A DNA stretch of 63,405 bases, counting the filler, from Reclinomonas americana ATCC 50394 (lineage: Eukaryota): NCBI GenBank assembly GCA_048213135.1. It is 12 parts of 12 records of this genome, joined end to end, with 100 filler letters (N's around TTAATTAATTAA, not from the genome) between each part and the next. Parts side by side here need not be neighbours in the genome. Positions count along the whole stretch, not along the records: positions 60,845 to 63,405 come from AFZH01019087.1; 11 more parts are not named here. One strand, 5' to 3'. A program made the translations under genes and the position numbers. Numbering within the stretch: the first letter of the stretch is position 1; each line of letters starts with the position of its first letter. A model generated the notes under the pieces. It was not told the origin of the DNA and made no database searches. It was given only the letters and a program-made list of their open reading frames with translations. Positions 63,181 through 63,405 of this stretch are shown piece by piece.

Positions 63181-63405
63181 ATGGCGGAGGCGAAGGTCGT
63201 CATTTTGGGCTCCGGTGGTGGTGAGTGTTTGTGTTTGAGAAAAGTATGGGGTTTTCCCGCATCATTCTCTTTGTGACTGAAAAACGTGCGTGTGCAGTGG
63301 GCAAGTCTGCTCTGTGCATCCAGTTCACTCAGGGCAAGTACATTGAGAAGGTGTGTGCGTGTGGCGTGGGCGTGCGTGAGGTTGGGTTTTGTGTGTGTGC
63401 GTGCG
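63181..63405 (+). CDS. Ras-family small GTPase (Rap/Ras-like), 5' exons; runs off the right edge
   Basis: MAEAKVVILGSGG|VGKSALCIQFTQGKYIEK|. Confidence 0.9.

Overview
Gene-dense, intron-rich (mostly ~45-110 nt GT-AG introns) nuclear DNA from a flagellated microbial eukaryote; the lineage cannot be assigned from the sequence. The window is a scaffold broken by eleven artificial 100-nt N/TTAATTAATTAA spacers. Several genes (SCYL1, JMJD7, RECQL4, CDC6, NEPRO-like) continue across them in the right order, so they behave as scaffold gaps. Recognisable genes: outer-arm dynein heavy chain (5' part), hemC (5' part), a Ser/Thr kinase, a coiled-coil protein, a homeobox gene, a small Qb-SNARE, a divergent dynamin-family GTPase, eIF4A, NEPRO/Rmp1-like, copper nitrite reductase nirK, SCYL1/Cex1, a PB1 protein, three universal stress proteins, JMJD7, RECQL4, CDC6, RNF141-like and a Ras/Rap GTPase (5' part). 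Most notable: (1) an intron-riddled type II membrane protein with a long beta-strand fibre ending in a phage tailspike-type intramolecular chaperone (Peptidase_S74/ICA) domain; (2) an immune-receptor-like WD40 / coiled-coil / IRAK-Pelle kinase; (3) a recurrent atypical GTTGCG class of 5' splice sites; (4) a CaaX-terminated Qb-SNARE; (5) a possible dynamin / U-box fusion; (6) an orphan gene bracketed by a ~70-bp duplication of the nirK 3' end. All gene models are hand-spliced and all family calls come from motif recognition, not database searches.
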